Source: Prochlorococcus sp. MIT 0801 (GTDB lineage Bacteria > Cyanobacteriota > Cyanobacteriia > PCC-6307 > Cyanobiaceae). Taken from it: DNA of 32,000 nucleotides. The notes beneath the pieces were generated by a model. That model did no database searches and was not told where the DNA came from. It saw only the letters and a program-made list of their open reading frames with translations. Location: NCBI RefSeq assembly GCF_000757865.1, contig NZ_CP007754.1, positions 1,680,001 through 1,712,000 of the forward strand. Reading direction: 5' to 3'. A program made the translations under genes and the position numbers. Below are positions 1-10,422 of the stretch, in pieces (position 1 is the first letter of the stretch; each line of letters starts with the position of its first letter).

Positions 1-1
1 T

Positions 2-142
2 AGAACTCCAGGTGAAGCAAAGATGCCATTAAAAACAAAACCTTATAAACCGTTAAATAACATGAGTCTTGAAACAACAAAACAAATTCATTCTGGTCGC
101 CATAAAGAATGGAGTAAATATGTAATTGGATGGGTAGCGTAG
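2..142 (+). CDS. 3' end of an unidentified ORF entering from the left edge (46 codons then TAG)
   Basis: Frame 2 is open from the window edge to TAG at 140-142 (...HSGRHKEWSKYVIGWVA*). It is convergent with prfA with a 6-nt gap. No recognisable motif. Confidence 0.3.
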   Translation, partial: RTPGEAKMPLKTKPYKPLNNMSLETTKQIHSGRHKEWSKYVIGWVA

Positions 143-148
143 CTTCTT

Positions 149-1246
149 TTAATCTTCAGATTGATTACTAAGCTCTTCCATTTGCCTTTTTTGTTCTTCT
201 GCAATACATGCACCTATGACATCTTCCAATTGACCTGAAAGAACTTGCTCGAGGGGGAAATTAACTCCTAGACGGTGATCAGTTGTTCGATTATCTTTGT
301 AGTTATATGTCCTAATCTTTTCACTTCTATCACCTGTGCCTACCTGAGACAATCGAGCAGATCTTTCCTTTGCATTAGCCTCTGCTATTTCTAATTCTAA
401 TAATTTAGCTCTTAAAATCTCCATTGCTCTTTCTCTATTTTGCATTTGAGAACGTTCTTGCGTACAAAAAACTCTTATGCCTGAGGGCTTATGAAATAAA
501 TCAATAGCTGTTTCTACTTTATTTACATTTTGCCCGCCAGCACCACCTGATCTTGCCGTACTGATTTCTATGTCAGTAGAATCTATTTTCACCTCTACTG
601 GATCAGCTTCTGGCATTACAGCAACAGTTGCAGTAGAGGTATGAACTCGCCCTTGAGATTCAGTTGAAGGAACTCTTTGAACTCTATGGACACCTGCTTC
701 AAATTTTAATTGGCTATAAACAGACTCTCCTTTGACTGAGATAATCATTTCACGAAAGCCCCCCATATCAGCTTCTGTTGAGCTTATGGGCTTTACATTC
801 CATCCAAGTTTTTGACCATATCTCTCATACATTCTTGCTAAATCACCAGCCCATAAACAAGCTTCATTACCTCCTGCTCCAGCTCTTATTTCAAGCATCA
901 CACTTCTTTCATCTCTTGGATCTTTGGGTAAAAGAGCCACAGTCAACTTTTGAATTAATTCATTTTTTGAGAATTCGAGATTTTGAAGTTCTTCTCTAGC
1001 TAAAAGTTCCATCTCTTTATCATCTCTGCTTTCTTTTACTAATCCTTTAGCTTCTAGACACTCTTTTTCTATTATCTGAAGCTTGAAATAATCATTAACC
1101 AAAGGCTCTAAACGGGATCTTTCTCTAGCAATTGTCTCTAATTGTTTTGGGTCTGATGCAACATCTGGATCAGCTAATTGCAACTCTAAGTTTTGAAAAC
1201 TACTTTTAGCTGTTTCTAATCGTTTAATTAGGGTTGAAGAATCCAT
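149..1246 (-). CDS. prfA: peptide chain release factor 1
   Basis: 365 aa with the GGQ motif ([15 protein letters not shown]) and the RF1-type PST tripeptide region ([17 protein letters not shown]). Confidence 0.95.
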   Translation of the reverse strand: MDSSTLIKRLETAKSSFQNLELQLADPDVASDPKQLETIARERSRLEPLVNDYFKLQIIEKECLEAKGLVKESRDDKEMELLAREELQNLEFSKNELIQKLTVALLPKDPRDERSVMLEIRAGAGGNEACLWAGDLARMYERYGQKLGWNVKPISSTEADMGGFREMIISVKGESVYSQLKFEAGVHRVQRVPSTESQGRVHTSTATVAVMPEADPVEVKIDSTDIEISTARSGGAGGQNVNKVETAIDLFHKPSGIRVFCTQERSQMQNRERAMEILRAKLLELEIAEANAKERSARLSQVGTGDRSEKIRTYNYKDNRTTDHRLGVNFPLEQVLSGQLEDVIGACIAEEQKRQMEELSNQSED

Positions 1247-1281
1247 TCTTTTTATTCCCTAAATCTTTAGATCAACAGCTA

Positions 1282-1542
1282 TCAACTTTCTTTTTGTTCT
1301 TCTGAAGATTTATCTTTTTGTTCACTTGAGTCAGATGAAGCCATACCATATTTTCTCATAAATCTATCTACTCTTCCTTCCGTATCTAAAATCTTCTGAG
1401 TCCCGGTGAAGAAAGGATGATTTCCACTCCAAACATCAACCTGTATTTCAGGCTGAGTAGAACCTGTTGTCATCACAACTTCTCCATTACAAATTACTTT
1501 TGCTTCTGGATACCAAGTTGGATGTATATCTGATTTAGGCAT
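1282..1542 (-). CDS. rpmE: 50S ribosomal protein L31 (Cys-poor form) with an acidic Ser/Glu/Lys tail
   Basis: MPKSDIHPTWY...GNHPFFTG...GRVDRF is the L31 signature. It has only one Cys, so there is no CxxC pair. Confidence 0.93.
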   Translation of the reverse strand: MPKSDIHPTWYPEAKVICNGEVVMTTGSTQPEIQVDVWSGNHPFFTGTQKILDTEGRVDRFMRKYGMASSDSSEQKDKSSEEQKES

Positions 1543-1575
1543 GATAAAAATTTAAAACTTTGATGTGGAGTAAAA

Positions 1576-1983
1576 TTATCTCTTTGAGAATTGAGGAGCT
1601 TTACGAGCTTTTTTGAGACCATATTTACGCCTTTCTTTTGCTCTAGGGTCACGACTAAGGTGGCCCTCTACTTTTAGAGGTTTACGATTATCAAGAGATA
1701 AAGTACATAAAGCTCTAGCAGCTCCTTGCTTAATGGCATCAGACTGACCAGTCAATCCTCCACCATAGACATTAACTAAAACGTCATATGATTCACTCAA
1801 TCCTAGAGTTTTCAAAGGAGCTTTAACAGCAGATATATAAGCAGGATTAAAATTTAAGTAATGGTCACCAGGGCGACCATTGATGGTTATTTCTCCTTTG
1901 CCAGGAGTTAATCTAACTCTGGCTACCGATGTCTTACGCCTACCAGTTCCCCAGTAAACTACTTTGTTTGTAGAACTAGTCAT
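1576..1983 (-). CDS. rpsI: 30S ribosomal protein S9
   Basis: [14 protein letters not shown]... and the C-terminal ...[11 protein letters not shown]. There is a 4-nt overlap with the rplM stop. Confidence 0.95.
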   Translation of the reverse strand: MTSSTNKVVYWGTGRRKTSVARVRLTPGKGEITINGRPGDHYLNFNPAYISAVKAPLKTLGLSESYDVLVNVYGGGLTGQSDAIKQGAARALCTLSLDNRKPLKVEGHLSRDPRAKERRKYGLKKARKAPQFSKR

Positions 1984-2432
1984 TTGGTAACAGATTCAGA
2001 ATTTAGGGGAAGAATTTTAGGTTCTTGAGCTGAATGAGGATGATCAGAGCCTTTATAAACTTTGAGTTTAGTAAATAATTGCCTTCCTAATCTTGTGTGA
2101 GGAAGCATTCCTTTAATTGCCTTTTCAACTATTCTCTCAGGAATTCTGGATTGAAGAGCCTTAAAGGTTTCAACTTTCATACCGCCTGGACGTCCAGAAT
2201 GTCTGCGGTAAAGCTTTTGATCTGATTTTTTGCCGGTTACTTTAATCTTTTCTGCATTTACGACAATAACAAAATCTCCAGTATCTAAGTGAGGAGTGAA
2301 ATTTGGCTTTGTCTTACCCCTTAATACACTAGCAACTTCAGTTGCTAGTCGACCAAGAGTCTGATTCTCTGCATCCACCAGAAACCACTGGCGATCTATT
2401 GAATCCGGCGATGGAACTGATGTCTTGTTCAT
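1980..2432 (-). CDS. rplM: 50S ribosomal protein L13
   Basis: The L13 core is [27 protein letters not shown]. The start is placed at the internal ATG (MNKTSVPS...). The 174-aa track ORF, which reaches 2504, adds 24 non-conserved residues. Confidence 0.88.
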   Translation of the reverse strand: MNKTSVPSPDSIDRQWFLVDAENQTLGRLATEVASVLRGKTKPNFTPHLDTGDFVIVVNAEKIKVTGKKSDQKLYRRHSGRPGGMKVETFKALQSRIPERIVEKAIKGMLPHTRLGRQLFTKLKVYKGSDHPHSAQEPKILPLNSESVTK

Positions 2433-2653
2433 TTTTTCTGAACACCTTTTAACACTGAAATAAGCATTATCGTTTTGATAATACCTTTTTAAAGAAGTTA
2501 TCAAGTCAAAAAATTGATCTGATTCTTCAGGAGATTGATTCTACACTTTCACGGCTTAAAACTCGCCTTTTTGTTCGGATAAAATTTAAATTACTGATTT
2601 AACTAAATTCATATATTTTTAATTTATTAATCTTTTATTTAGCTTATATATTT

Positions 2654-3469
2654 CTAAGGCTCAAATATTGGGAGAGAAAAACTTGGAAAAGTGTCAAAAC
2701 TTTTCTCTTTTGAAAAGATATTTTCCTCATAACCAACTCTTATCAAACACAGACCATGCGGAGGAGCAGCCTCTTTCACCTCTGAGCGCAAACCCTTTCT
2801 CCATCTATATATAAATTTCTCAAGAGAAAGTCGTTTTTCTCCAACAGCAACTAATTGGCCCATCAAAAGCCTAACCATCCCATACAAAAAGCCACTGGCC
2901 TGAATTTCAACTGTGACTATATCCCCATGACGAGAAATAGAAAAATCTTGAACTGTGGTAATTGAATTACTTCTATTACTTCCTGCTTTTTGAAACGCTG
3001 CGAAATCATGTAAACCTAATAAATCATGCAAAGCATGCTTCATTAAATCGATATCCAATTTGAATCTATATTTATGCCAACTTACATTTTGAAGGAAAAG
3101 ATTTGGATAGGAACCATTAAAAATAGAATATCTATACCTTCGATATTTTGCCGAATAGCAAGCATGCCAGTCACTGGGAACACTTACTGATTCAAGAACT
3201 TTAATTGATTCTGGAAGTCTACCATTCAAGGCTGATGTCCATTTATGAATAGGAATTGGGCCAGAGCAATCAAAATGAGCAACTTGTCCTGAAGCATGAA
3301 CTCCTGAATCAGTTCTGCCTGCGGCTATTGCTTTTACTGGTCTTATTGGATCAAGTTCTGCAATTTTTTCTTCTAAAGTTCCTTGAACAGTTATTGAATC
3401 TTTTTGATTTTGCCAGCCTCTAAAACCTGATCCATCGTATTGAAAAACAATTGCAACTCTATTCGTCAA
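2654..3469 (-). CDS. truA: tRNA pseudouridine(38-40) synthase
   Basis: The N-terminus is VAIVFQYDGSGFRGWQ.Q, the catalytic Asp lies in AAGRTDSGVHASGQVAHF, and the GFLYGMVR block is present. Confidence 0.92.
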   Translation of the reverse strand: MTNRVAIVFQYDGSGFRGWQNQKDSITVQGTLEEKIAELDPIRPVKAIAAGRTDSGVHASGQVAHFDCSGPIPIHKWTSALNGRLPESIKVLESVSVPSDWHACYSAKYRRYRYSIFNGSYPNLFLQNVSWHKYRFKLDIDLMKHALHDLLGLHDFAAFQKAGSNRSNSITTVQDFSISRHGDIVTVEIQASGFLYGMVRLLMGQLVAVGEKRLSLEKFIYRWRKGLRSEVKEAAPPHGLCLIRVGYEENIFSKEKSFDTFPSFSLPIFEP

Positions 3470-3517
3470 ATTGAACTAATAAGTAAAAAGTATGATTTGT
3501 TTTGGAGAATTAATACC

Positions 3518-3868
3518 CTATACAAGCTCAACAATGGCCATTTCAGAATTATCACCGCGTCTTGGAGTCGTTCTCACAATTCTTGTATAACCACCTTCTC
3601 TATCACCATATCGCTCTTGAGCCTTTTCAAAAAGTGCATGAACTAATTGCTTATCGTATACATATCCAATAGCTCTTCTCCTTGAAGCAAGACTGCCATC
3701 CTTAGCTAAAGTAATCATTCTCTCAGTTTCATTTCTCAAAGCTTTAGCTCTTGCTTTCGTTGTTGTAACTCTACCTTCACGAATTAGTTGAGTAGTTAAT
3801 CCTCTTAAAAGTGCCTTCCTTTGATCTGCAGGGAGACTCAATTGTGGAATTCGACGTTGATGACGCAT
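3518..3868 (-). CDS. rplQ: 50S ribosomal protein L17
   Basis: [24 protein letters not shown]...[10 protein letters not shown]. It lies downstream of rpoA, the canonical position. Confidence 0.95.
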
Positions 3869-3907
3869 TGGATTAGCTTTGAAATTTAGTAGTAATAAAC
3901 CTGAAAG

Positions 3908-4846
3908 TCATGCGGAAGTTCTACTTTGTGGAATAGAAATCCCAATTCTCTCTAGAGCTTCAATAACTTCATCAGCGGATTTAGAACCGAAGTTCTTAAT
4001 TTCCAATAAATCCTCATAACTGAAACCCATCAAGTCTGAAACAGAGTTCACTTGGGCTCGTTTTAGGCAATTGTAAGCTCTTACTGACAAGTTTAACTCC
4101 TCGAGGGGAATTTGGGCCTCTGCTGCAGGCTCTGGCTCTTCAGGAATCTCTTCTACCATTGAGACAGTAGCAAGAGGTTGAAAAAGTTCGATTAATTGAT
4201 TCGCAGCTTCCGCTAATGCATCGTCTGGAGAGGTGGATCCATCGGTGACCAACTCCATTTTTAATCTTTCTCTAGTTGATCCCCCCTCAGCCACAGCAGT
4301 TTCATCAATAGTAAAATTAACTCTATTTATAGGCATAAATACAGCATCTATTTGAAGTAAATCAATTGCGCTTGTCTCTTCATTTCTTCTATCAACTGGT
4401 CGATATCCAACGCCTCTTTCTACATGTATTTCTAGTTCTAGGTTATGCCCCTCCTGAACTGTTGCTATTGGACGATCGCCATCAACAACTTCAACTTGAG
4501 ATGAGAACTGAATATCCTTTGCTTTAACTTCAGCTGGTCCTGTCACAACAAGTCTTCCTATCTCAAGCTCTTGACTACGGCTGTCAACTGAAATTTGTTT
4601 ACAATTCAGAAGAATGTCTAGGACGTCCTCTCTTACACCAGGAATTGTTGCATATTCATGATTAACACCTGCAATCCTTACAGCAGTAACTGCGCTGCCC
4701 TCGAGTCCGCCCATTAACACTCTGCGTAGAGAATTACCCAAAGTAGTGGCTTGACCTCTTTCAAGAGGTCCGATTAGGAAGACGCCTGTTTGGGAGCGAT
4801 CATTAGAAACTTGATGGTCGATCCTGTCTATCTGGTATTGCAACAC
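3908..4846 (-). CDS. rpoA: DNA-directed RNA polymerase alpha subunit (GTG start)
   Basis: 312 aa with GNSLRRVLM in the N-terminal domain and the C-terminal domain helix [14 protein letters not shown]. It sits in the rpsK-rpoA-rplQ context. Confidence 0.95.
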   Translation of the reverse strand: MLQYQIDRIDHQVSNDRSQTGVFLIGPLERGQATTLGNSLRRVLMGGLEGSAVTAVRIAGVNHEYATIPGVREDVLDILLNCKQISVDSRSQELEIGRLVVTGPAEVKAKDIQFSSQVEVVDGDRPIATVQEGHNLELEIHVERGVGYRPVDRRNEETSAIDLLQIDAVFMPINRVNFTIDETAVAEGGSTRERLKMELVTDGSTSPDDALAEAANQLIELFQPLATVSMVEEIPEEPEPAAEAQIPLEELNLSVRAYNCLKRAQVNSVSDLMGFSYEDLLEIKNFGSKSADEVIEALERIGISIPQSRTSA

Positions 4847-4897
4847 GGTCTAATGCGATGTGGAAAATAAAGAAAAGTTCACTTAAGTGAGTAGATT

Positions 4898-5290
4898 TTA
4901 AACGCGTCTGCGCTTAGGTCTCCTGCAACCGTTATGAGGAAGAGGAGTTACATCTCTGATCAAAGTAATTTCAAGACCAGCTACTTGCAACGCTCTTATT
5001 GCGGTTTCACGACCTGAGCCCGGTCCTCGTACGAGAACTTCTATTTGACGCATTCCTTGCTCTAGGGCCCGTCGGGCTGCAAGTTCAGCAGCGGTCTGGG
5101 CAGCAAAAGGAGTGCCTTTTCGAGCTCCTTTAAATCCACTTGCTCCTGCTGATGACCAGGAAATGACTTCACCAGAGGTGTCAGTAATTGAGACAATGGT
5201 GTTATTAAAGGTACTTTGAATATGCACAACTCCATTTGGAACGTTGCGCTTTGACTTCTTAGAACCGGATTTCTTTGAGGTTGTAGCCAT
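4898..5290 (-). CDS. rpsK: 30S ribosomal protein S11
   Basis: [18 protein letters not shown]...[14 protein letters not shown]. Confidence 0.95.
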   Translation of the reverse strand: MATTSKKSGSKKSKRNVPNGVVHIQSTFNNTIVSITDTSGEVISWSSAGASGFKGARKGTPFAAQTAAELAARRALEQGMRQIEVLVRGPGSGRETAIRALQVAGLEITLIRDVTPLPHNGCRRPKRRRV

Positions 5291-5353
5291 TAGGCTGTGC
5301 TTTATTTAAAAAGATTTAGTAAATTACCAGTTGGTAACAGGAGTCTTAAGAAA

Positions 5354-5719
5354 TTATTTCTTTCTTCCTGCAACAGTTTTTCTAGCTCCTCGCCTTGTGC
5401 GAGCGTTAGTTCTTGTTCGTTGTCCACGAACAGGAAGGCTCATTCGATGCCTACGTCCACGGACACATCCGATATCTTGAAGTCTTTTAAGCGCCATTCC
5501 TTCTTGGCGCCTTAAATCTCCTTCAACTGTGAATTCTTCAGTAACAGCTCTGAGCTTCTGAATATCACTATCTTCTAAATCCTTTACACGAATATCAGGA
5601 TTAACACCTGATTTCTCGAGGATAGCCTGGGCTCTGGTTAAACCAATGCCATAGATGTAAGTAAGGGCAACTTCTACCCGCTTTTCGCGAGGTATATCGA
5701 TGCCTGAAATCCGTGCCAC
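5354..5719 (-). CDS. rpsM: 30S ribosomal protein S13 (GTG start)
   Basis: [26 protein letters not shown]...[14 protein letters not shown]. Confidence 0.95.
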   Translation of the reverse strand: MARISGIDIPREKRVEVALTYIYGIGLTRAQAILEKSGVNPDIRVKDLEDSDIQKLRAVTEEFTVEGDLRRQEGMALKRLQDIGCVRGRRHRMSLPVRGQRTRTNARTRRGARKTVAGRKK

Positions 5720-5830
5720 TTAGGGATAAATCGAAGAGGACAATGAAAATCATCATAATTTAATGATGACAGTTAATAAAGGAGCAAACGAAAAATTTTA
5801 ATCGTTTAAGACTTCTTTAAAAGTCAGGTA

Positions 5831-5947
5831 CTAGCCCTGACGCTGCTTATTACGAGGCCTTTTCTTGTTGATCACATAGATTCGGCCTCTTCGCCTCACG
5901 ATCTGATCGTCAGGACTAATTTTTTTGACTGAGGATCTAACCTTCAT
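5831..5947 (-). CDS. rpmJ: 50S ribosomal protein L36, Cys-less form (not in the supplied ORF track)
   Basis: Hand translation of the complement gives [38 protein letters not shown]. The MKVR.SVKK and KQRQG ends are the L36 signature. The position between rpsM and adk is canonical. Confidence 0.85.
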
Positions 5948-5992
5948 TTGGTGAGACTCTCCCTATTTCCAAACTATAACTTTACTACATCG

Positions 5993-6541
5993 TCAGCCTA
6001 AAGACTTCTCAATGCATGAAAAAACAACATCTATGTCAGCATTACCTTCTATCTCCTTAAGAATACCTTGTTTTTTATACAAATCAATTAATGGAGAGGT
6101 TTTCTCTCTGTATATGTTCAGTCTGTTACTTATTACTTGTTCATTGTCATCCTGCCTTCCTCTTTCTAAAAGCCTTTTAATTAAATAATCATCATCAACT
6201 TTTATTAATATTACCGCTTCTAAAGGTTGCTTAATTTTTTCTAAAAGATTTTTTAGAGAATTAGCTTGATTGATATTTCTAGGGAAACCATCCAGCAACC
6301 ACCCCTGATTAATATTTACCAATCTTCCCTCAACAATTGAGAGAACTAATTCATCACTCACTAATTCTCCTTTATTCATAATCTCAGCAGCTTTAAGACC
6401 TAAAAAGGATCCAGAGGAGACTTCATCTCTAAGTAAATCTCCAGTTGAAAGATGAACTAATCCGTATTTTTTGCAAAAAAGATTTGCTTGCGTGCCTTTA
6501 CCCGCTCCAGGGGGGCCAAGGAATAGTAATTTCTTTTTCAT
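5993..6541 (-). CDS. adk: adenylate kinase, short-LID type
   Basis: P-loop GPPGAGKGTQ and DGFPRN. The LID is reduced to LLERGRQDDNEQVISNRL. Total length is 182 aa. Confidence 0.93.
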   Translation of the reverse strand: MKKKLLFLGPPGAGKGTQANLFCKKYGLVHLSTGDLLRDEVSSGSFLGLKAAEIMNKGELVSDELVLSIVEGRLVNINQGWLLDGFPRNINQANSLKNLLEKIKQPLEAVILIKVDDDYLIKRLLERGRQDDNEQVISNRLNIYREKTSPLIDLYKKQGILKEIEGNADIDVVFSCIEKSLG

Positions 6542-6566
6542 TTAAATAAAAAGCATAGTAGAAATT

Positions 6567-7886
6567 TTATTCACGTACTAATCCTTCATATCTTTGAGAA
6601 ATGACATAAGTTTGAATCTGTTTAGAGGTATCAATTGCCACTCCTACCAAAATCAATAATGAAGTTGCTCCAAGCCCTTGAAAAGTTTGAACATTAGTTG
6701 CTCTCTCTACTGCAGAAGGGACAATAGCAACTGAACCAAGAAATAATCCACCAAGTAAAGTAAGGCGGTTTTGAACACCTGAAAGGTAATTAGAAGTAGC
6801 ACCTCCAGGCCGTACTCCTGGAATTGCTACACCACCCTTTTTCAAATTAGAGGCTATGTCTACTGGATTAATTGTTAGAGAAGCATAAAAGTAAGCGAAA
6901 CCTAAAATTAATGCAAAAAAGGTAATTGCATATGGCCATGGGTTGGATGAACCTGGATTAAGTGAACTCGCAGCCTTAATAAGTAAAGGGTTTTGAGTGA
7001 AATTTGCGATTGTTATTGGGAGAAATATTAATGCAGAAGCAAAAATTATTGGCATAACGCCACCAGCATTTAACTTAAGAGGTAAATAACTTTGCTTACT
7101 TGGCAACAGGGCTCCTCCACCCATTTGGCTTTTTGCACTCACGATGGGAATCCTTCTAGCACCTTCTTGAACAAAAATAATACCCACAATAGTAATTAAA
7201 AAAACTATCAAAAGAATTATTATGCCCAGAACATCGGCACGATCTCCTGTTTGAGCTTTTTCAAGAGTAGAGCTAAGTGCCTTAGGCAAAGTAGCAACAA
7301 TATTCAAAAATATAACTAATGAAGCGCCTTGGCCTATCCCCTTTTCAGTAATAATCTCACTAAGCCACATAACTATCATCGATCCAGTGACTAATGCCAG
7401 AGATGTTTGAATAACAAATTCAGTTTCGCCAAGACCTTCGACCGCATACTGTCGAAGAATCAAAGCAAAAACCGTGCTTTGAACCATTCCCCATCCCAAA
7501 GCGACGTATCTAGTGATTTGAGCAATCTTCCTTCTTCCTGCCTCTCCTTCATTTTTCTGTAGATCCTCCAATTGAGGTAAAGAAGCAGTAAGCAATTGAA
7601 TAATTATTGACGCATTAATAAATGGAAGAATACCGAGTGCAAAAATTCCTAAAGTTGAGATCCCACCGCCTGTAAAAATATCAAGAAATCCAATCAATTG
7701 TCCCCCCTGATCAATAAAAGTTTTAAAAGCCTCTCTATCTATTCCAGGCATCGGAATATAAATTCCTAATCTAACAATTAGCAATAAACCTAAGGTCGTT
7801 AAGACTCTTTCCCTCAGTTTTTCATTACTAAAAATCTGGGTGATTACTTCACCTGCACTTGCGTTTCGACCACGGCTTATTAACAT
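6567..7886 (-). CDS. secY: preprotein translocase subunit SecY
   Basis: 439 aa and polytopic, with LGILPFINASIIIQLL, and it sits in the rplO-secY-adk context. Confidence 0.95.
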   Translation of the reverse strand: MLISRGRNASAGEVITQIFSNEKLRERVLTTLGLLLIVRLGIYIPMPGIDREAFKTFIDQGGQLIGFLDIFTGGGISTLGIFALGILPFINASIIIQLLTASLPQLEDLQKNEGEAGRRKIAQITRYVALGWGMVQSTVFALILRQYAVEGLGETEFVIQTSLALVTGSMIVMWLSEIITEKGIGQGASLVIFLNIVATLPKALSSTLEKAQTGDRADVLGIIILLIVFLITIVGIIFVQEGARRIPIVSAKSQMGGGALLPSKQSYLPLKLNAGGVMPIIFASALIFLPITIANFTQNPLLIKAASSLNPGSSNPWPYAITFFALILGFAYFYASLTINPVDIASNLKKGGVAIPGVRPGGATSNYLSGVQNRLTLLGGLFLGSVAIVPSAVERATNVQTFQGLGATSLLILVGVAIDTSKQIQTYVISQRYEGLVRE

Positions 7887-7950
7887 TTAATAACTATAAT
7901 TAATGAGAGGCTAGTGTATAAAACTGAATTTTTAAGATAAAAAATTAGTT

Positions 7951-8397
7951 TTACAGCTCACATGAGCCCCCGACTTCTTCAATTTTCTTTCTAGCAGATG
8001 TTGTAAATGCTGAAGCTTGAACAGTCAATTTCACTTCTAATTTCCCATTACCAAGGATTTTTAGAGGATTTTTAGGTTTAGTCAAAATACCCTCCTTTAC
8101 CAATAAATCAAGGTTAACTACGGTCCCATCTTTAAAGGAATTCAACCTAGAAACATTTAGGACAGTAAAATTTTTCTGATTAACAATTGGGAAATGCTTT
8201 AATTTTGGAACTCGTCTGTATAAAGGCATTTGACCGCCCTCAAACCCTGGGCGAGTAGGTCTTCCTGATCTAGATTTTTGCCCCCTCATACCAAACCCAC
8301 AACTAGCACCTTGACCAGCAGCTATACCACGACCTTTACGCATTTTTTTACGTCTAGATCCTTTATTTGATTGAAGAGATTCTAATTTAATAGTCAT
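7951..8397 (-). CDS. rplO: 50S ribosomal protein L15
   Basis: [26 protein letters not shown]...[12 protein letters not shown]. Confidence 0.95.
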   Translation of the reverse strand: MTIKLESLQSNKGSRRKKMRKGRGIAAGQGASCGFGMRGQKSRSGRPTRPGFEGGQMPLYRRVPKLKHFPIVNQKNFTVLNVSRLNSFKDGTVVNLDLLVKEGILTKPKNPLKILGNGKLEVKLTVQASAFTTSARKKIEEVGGSCEL

Positions 8398-8402
8398 GAT
8401 TT

Positions 8403-9029
8403 TTAGGAATAAATCTGCTCAAGTGAAATACCACGCTCTTTTGCTGTGGCTTTATGAGTTCTTAACTCACTTAAAGCAACCATTGCAGCACGAGCATTAT
8501 TAAGAGGGGTCTTACTACCTAATCGCTTTGCAAGAACATTCTTAATTCCAGCCAACTCTAAAACAGTACGAATTGAGCCCCCGGCAATTACTCCTGTTCC
8601 AGGAGCTGCAGGACGAATCAATACACTTGCAGCTCCATCTCTACCGTTAGAGAGAGTTGGAATCGAACTATTTCGAGTTAAAGGAACACGAACTAAATGT
8701 TTTTTGCCATCAGCAACTCCTTTACGAACGGCACCTATAACATCTCCCGCTTTCCCAACACCAACGCCAACTTGCCCTTTTTCATTGCCTACTACAACTA
8801 TTGCTCTAAAACTCATTTTCTTTCCACCTTTGACAGTTTTCGAAACCCTTCTAATTTGAACAACTCTTTCTTGCCATTCAGAATCTCTTTCTTGACCTCT
8901 TCTATCTCTTCTTCCTCCGCGTTTTTCACCACGGTTGCGACGATTTTCCTGCCTCCCATCTGCCGCAGGAGTGGCATCTGATGATCCAGAAGTTTTTTTA
9001 TTTGGGGACTGGTTTTTAGAGTCTGTCAT
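8403..9029 (-). CDS. rpsE: 30S ribosomal protein S5 with an Arg/Gly/Glu-rich N-terminal extension
   Basis: The S5 core is [29 protein letters not shown]. About 50 low-complexity residues precede it. Confidence 0.94.
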   Translation of the reverse strand: MTDSKNQSPNKKTSGSSDATPAADGRQENRRNRGEKRGGRRDRRGQERDSEWQERVVQIRRVSKTVKGGKKMSFRAIVVVGNEKGQVGVGVGKAGDVIGAVRKGVADGKKHLVRVPLTRNSSIPTLSNGRDGAASVLIRPAAPGTGVIAGGSIRTVLELAGIKNVLAKRLGSKTPLNNARAAMVALSELRTHKATAKERGISLEQIYS

Positions 9030-9043
9030 TATTAAAGCAATGA

Positions 9044-9412
9044 TTAAAAGTTCAAGCCTGCCACTCTGGCAGCATCGGCTAGAGCTTTAACCCTGCCATG
9101 ATAGATGTTCCCACCTCTATCAAAGATAACTTGTTTGATGCCTTTTGATAAAGCTTTTTTTGCAACAAGCTCTCCTACTGCTGTGGAAGCATCACAACTT
9201 CCTGCATTAACTTTTAAAGAAGCTTTCAAGTCTTTATCAAGAGTTGATGCTGCACATATAGTGTTTTGAGCATCATCATCTATTATTTGAGCATAGATGT
9301 GGTTATTCGAACGAAAAACAGCAAGTCTTGGTCGAGATTCTGTTCCGCTTAGGTTTCTCCTCAAGCGTTTATGTCGTTTTTGGGTCTGTTGTTTTCTAGA
9401 AAGTTTTGACAT
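9044..9412 (-). CDS. rplR: 50S ribosomal protein L18
   Basis: [20 protein letters not shown]...[20 protein letters not shown]. Confidence 0.95.
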   Translation of the reverse strand: MSKLSRKQQTQKRHKRLRRNLSGTESRPRLAVFRSNNHIYAQIIDDDAQNTICAASTLDKDLKASLKVNAGSCDASTAVGELVAKKALSKGIKQVIFDRGGNIYHGRVKALADAARVAGLNF

Positions 9413-9444
9413 GGCTAAAATTTTTTAAAGACAAATAAACAAGA

Positions 9445-9984
9445 TTAAGTTTTGCCAGACTTACCAGCTTTTCTAATTATTTGTTCTCCTTCATATTTGA
9501 TTCCTTTACCTTTATAAGGTTCTGGGGGCCTAATTGCTCTTATTTTGGCAGCTTCATTGCCAACTAATTCTTTATCAGGTCCAGTTACAATCACATTTGT
9601 ATTATTTTCAACTTTAAAAGTTATGCCTTCTGGAGGAACAACCTCAACTGGATGACTGTAACCGGCACTAACAACAAGAGTATTTCCTTTTACTTGAGCT
9701 CTTGATCCAACACCAATAATCTCAAGTTTTTTTGTAAAACCATTACTGACTCCCTCGACCATATTGGCAACTAGGGATCTACATAGACCATGCATTTCCC
9801 TGGACTGTCTCTTTTCATTTATGGGGTTAACAAAAATATAGTTTTCTTCTTTGCTTAGGCTTACCCCATTAGGAAGAGTTCGTTGCAGCTCCCCTTTTGG
9901 ACCTTTTACAGTGATGGAAAGCCCTTCAAGTTTTACATCTACCTTTTCAGGAAGGGAGATTGGTTTTTTTCCAGTACGAGACAT
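9445..9984 (-). CDS. rplF: 50S ribosomal protein L6
   Basis: [17 protein letters not shown]...[11 protein letters not shown]. Confidence 0.95.
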   Translation of the reverse strand: MSRTGKKPISLPEKVDVKLEGLSITVKGPKGELQRTLPNGVSLSKEENYIFVNPINEKRQSREMHGLCRSLVANMVEGVSNGFTKKLEIIGVGSRAQVKGNTLVVSAGYSHPVEVVPPEGITFKVENNTNVIVTGPDKELVGNEAAKIRAIRPPEPYKGKGIKYEGEQIIRKAGKSGKT

Positions 9985-10001
9985 AATAAATACCTAATCA
10001 A

Positions 10002-10403
10002 TCAACATACATAGCAGAGGACTTCTCCTCCAACACCTTGCTTGCGAGCATCACGATCACTCATGACTCCGTTAGAGGTAGAAATTATTGCAATTCCAAG
10101 CCCCCCTAAGACTTTGGGTAATCCTCGAGTATTTTTATAAATCCTCAATCCAGGCTTACTAACTCGCTGCATTGAACGAATAATTGGTGAGCGATGCTTC
10201 CCAGTATATTTCAATCCAAGAATGAGCTGCTTTCGAAAGCCTTCTCCTTCTTCATTGATTTCTGCAATAAATCCCTCACGTTGAAGAACCTTAGCGATAC
10301 TAAGAGACATTTTTGAAGCAGGGACATTGGTTTTTTCATGACGTTTTTCACTCGCATTTCTTATGCGAGTGAGCATGTCTGAAATTGGATCGTGGTTGGC
10401 CAT
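10002..10403 (-). CDS. rpsH: 30S ribosomal protein S8
   Basis: [13 protein letters not shown]...GGEVLCYV. Confidence 0.95.
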   Translation of the reverse strand: MANHDPISDMLTRIRNASEKRHEKTNVPASKMSLSIAKVLQREGFIAEINEEGEGFRKQLILGLKYTGKHRSPIIRSMQRVSKPGLRIYKNTRGLPKVLGGLGIAIISTSNGVMSDRDARKQGVGGEVLCYVC

Positions 10404-10422
10404 AGTATTTAGCTAATCAAAG

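Noticed and set aside
149-1246. A programmed frameshift in the release-factor gene.
   Set aside because: The ORF is continuous and is RF1 (PST motif). The +1 frameshift is a feature of prfB (RF2), not prfA.
2433-2504. A 24-codon N-terminal extension of rplM in the track ORF.
   Set aside because: The conserved L13 sequence starts at the internal Met, and the extension ([24 protein letters not shown]) has no counterpart in L13 proteins I know. It is treated as 5' UTR.
5750-5808. Two AT-rich hairpins in the rpmJ-rpsM spacer: TCATCAT-AATTTA-ATGATGA and AAACGA-N10-TCGTTT.
   Set aside because: The stems are short and almost pure A/T, with marginal stability, and are easily produced by chance at this base composition. 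I noted them but cannot support a function.
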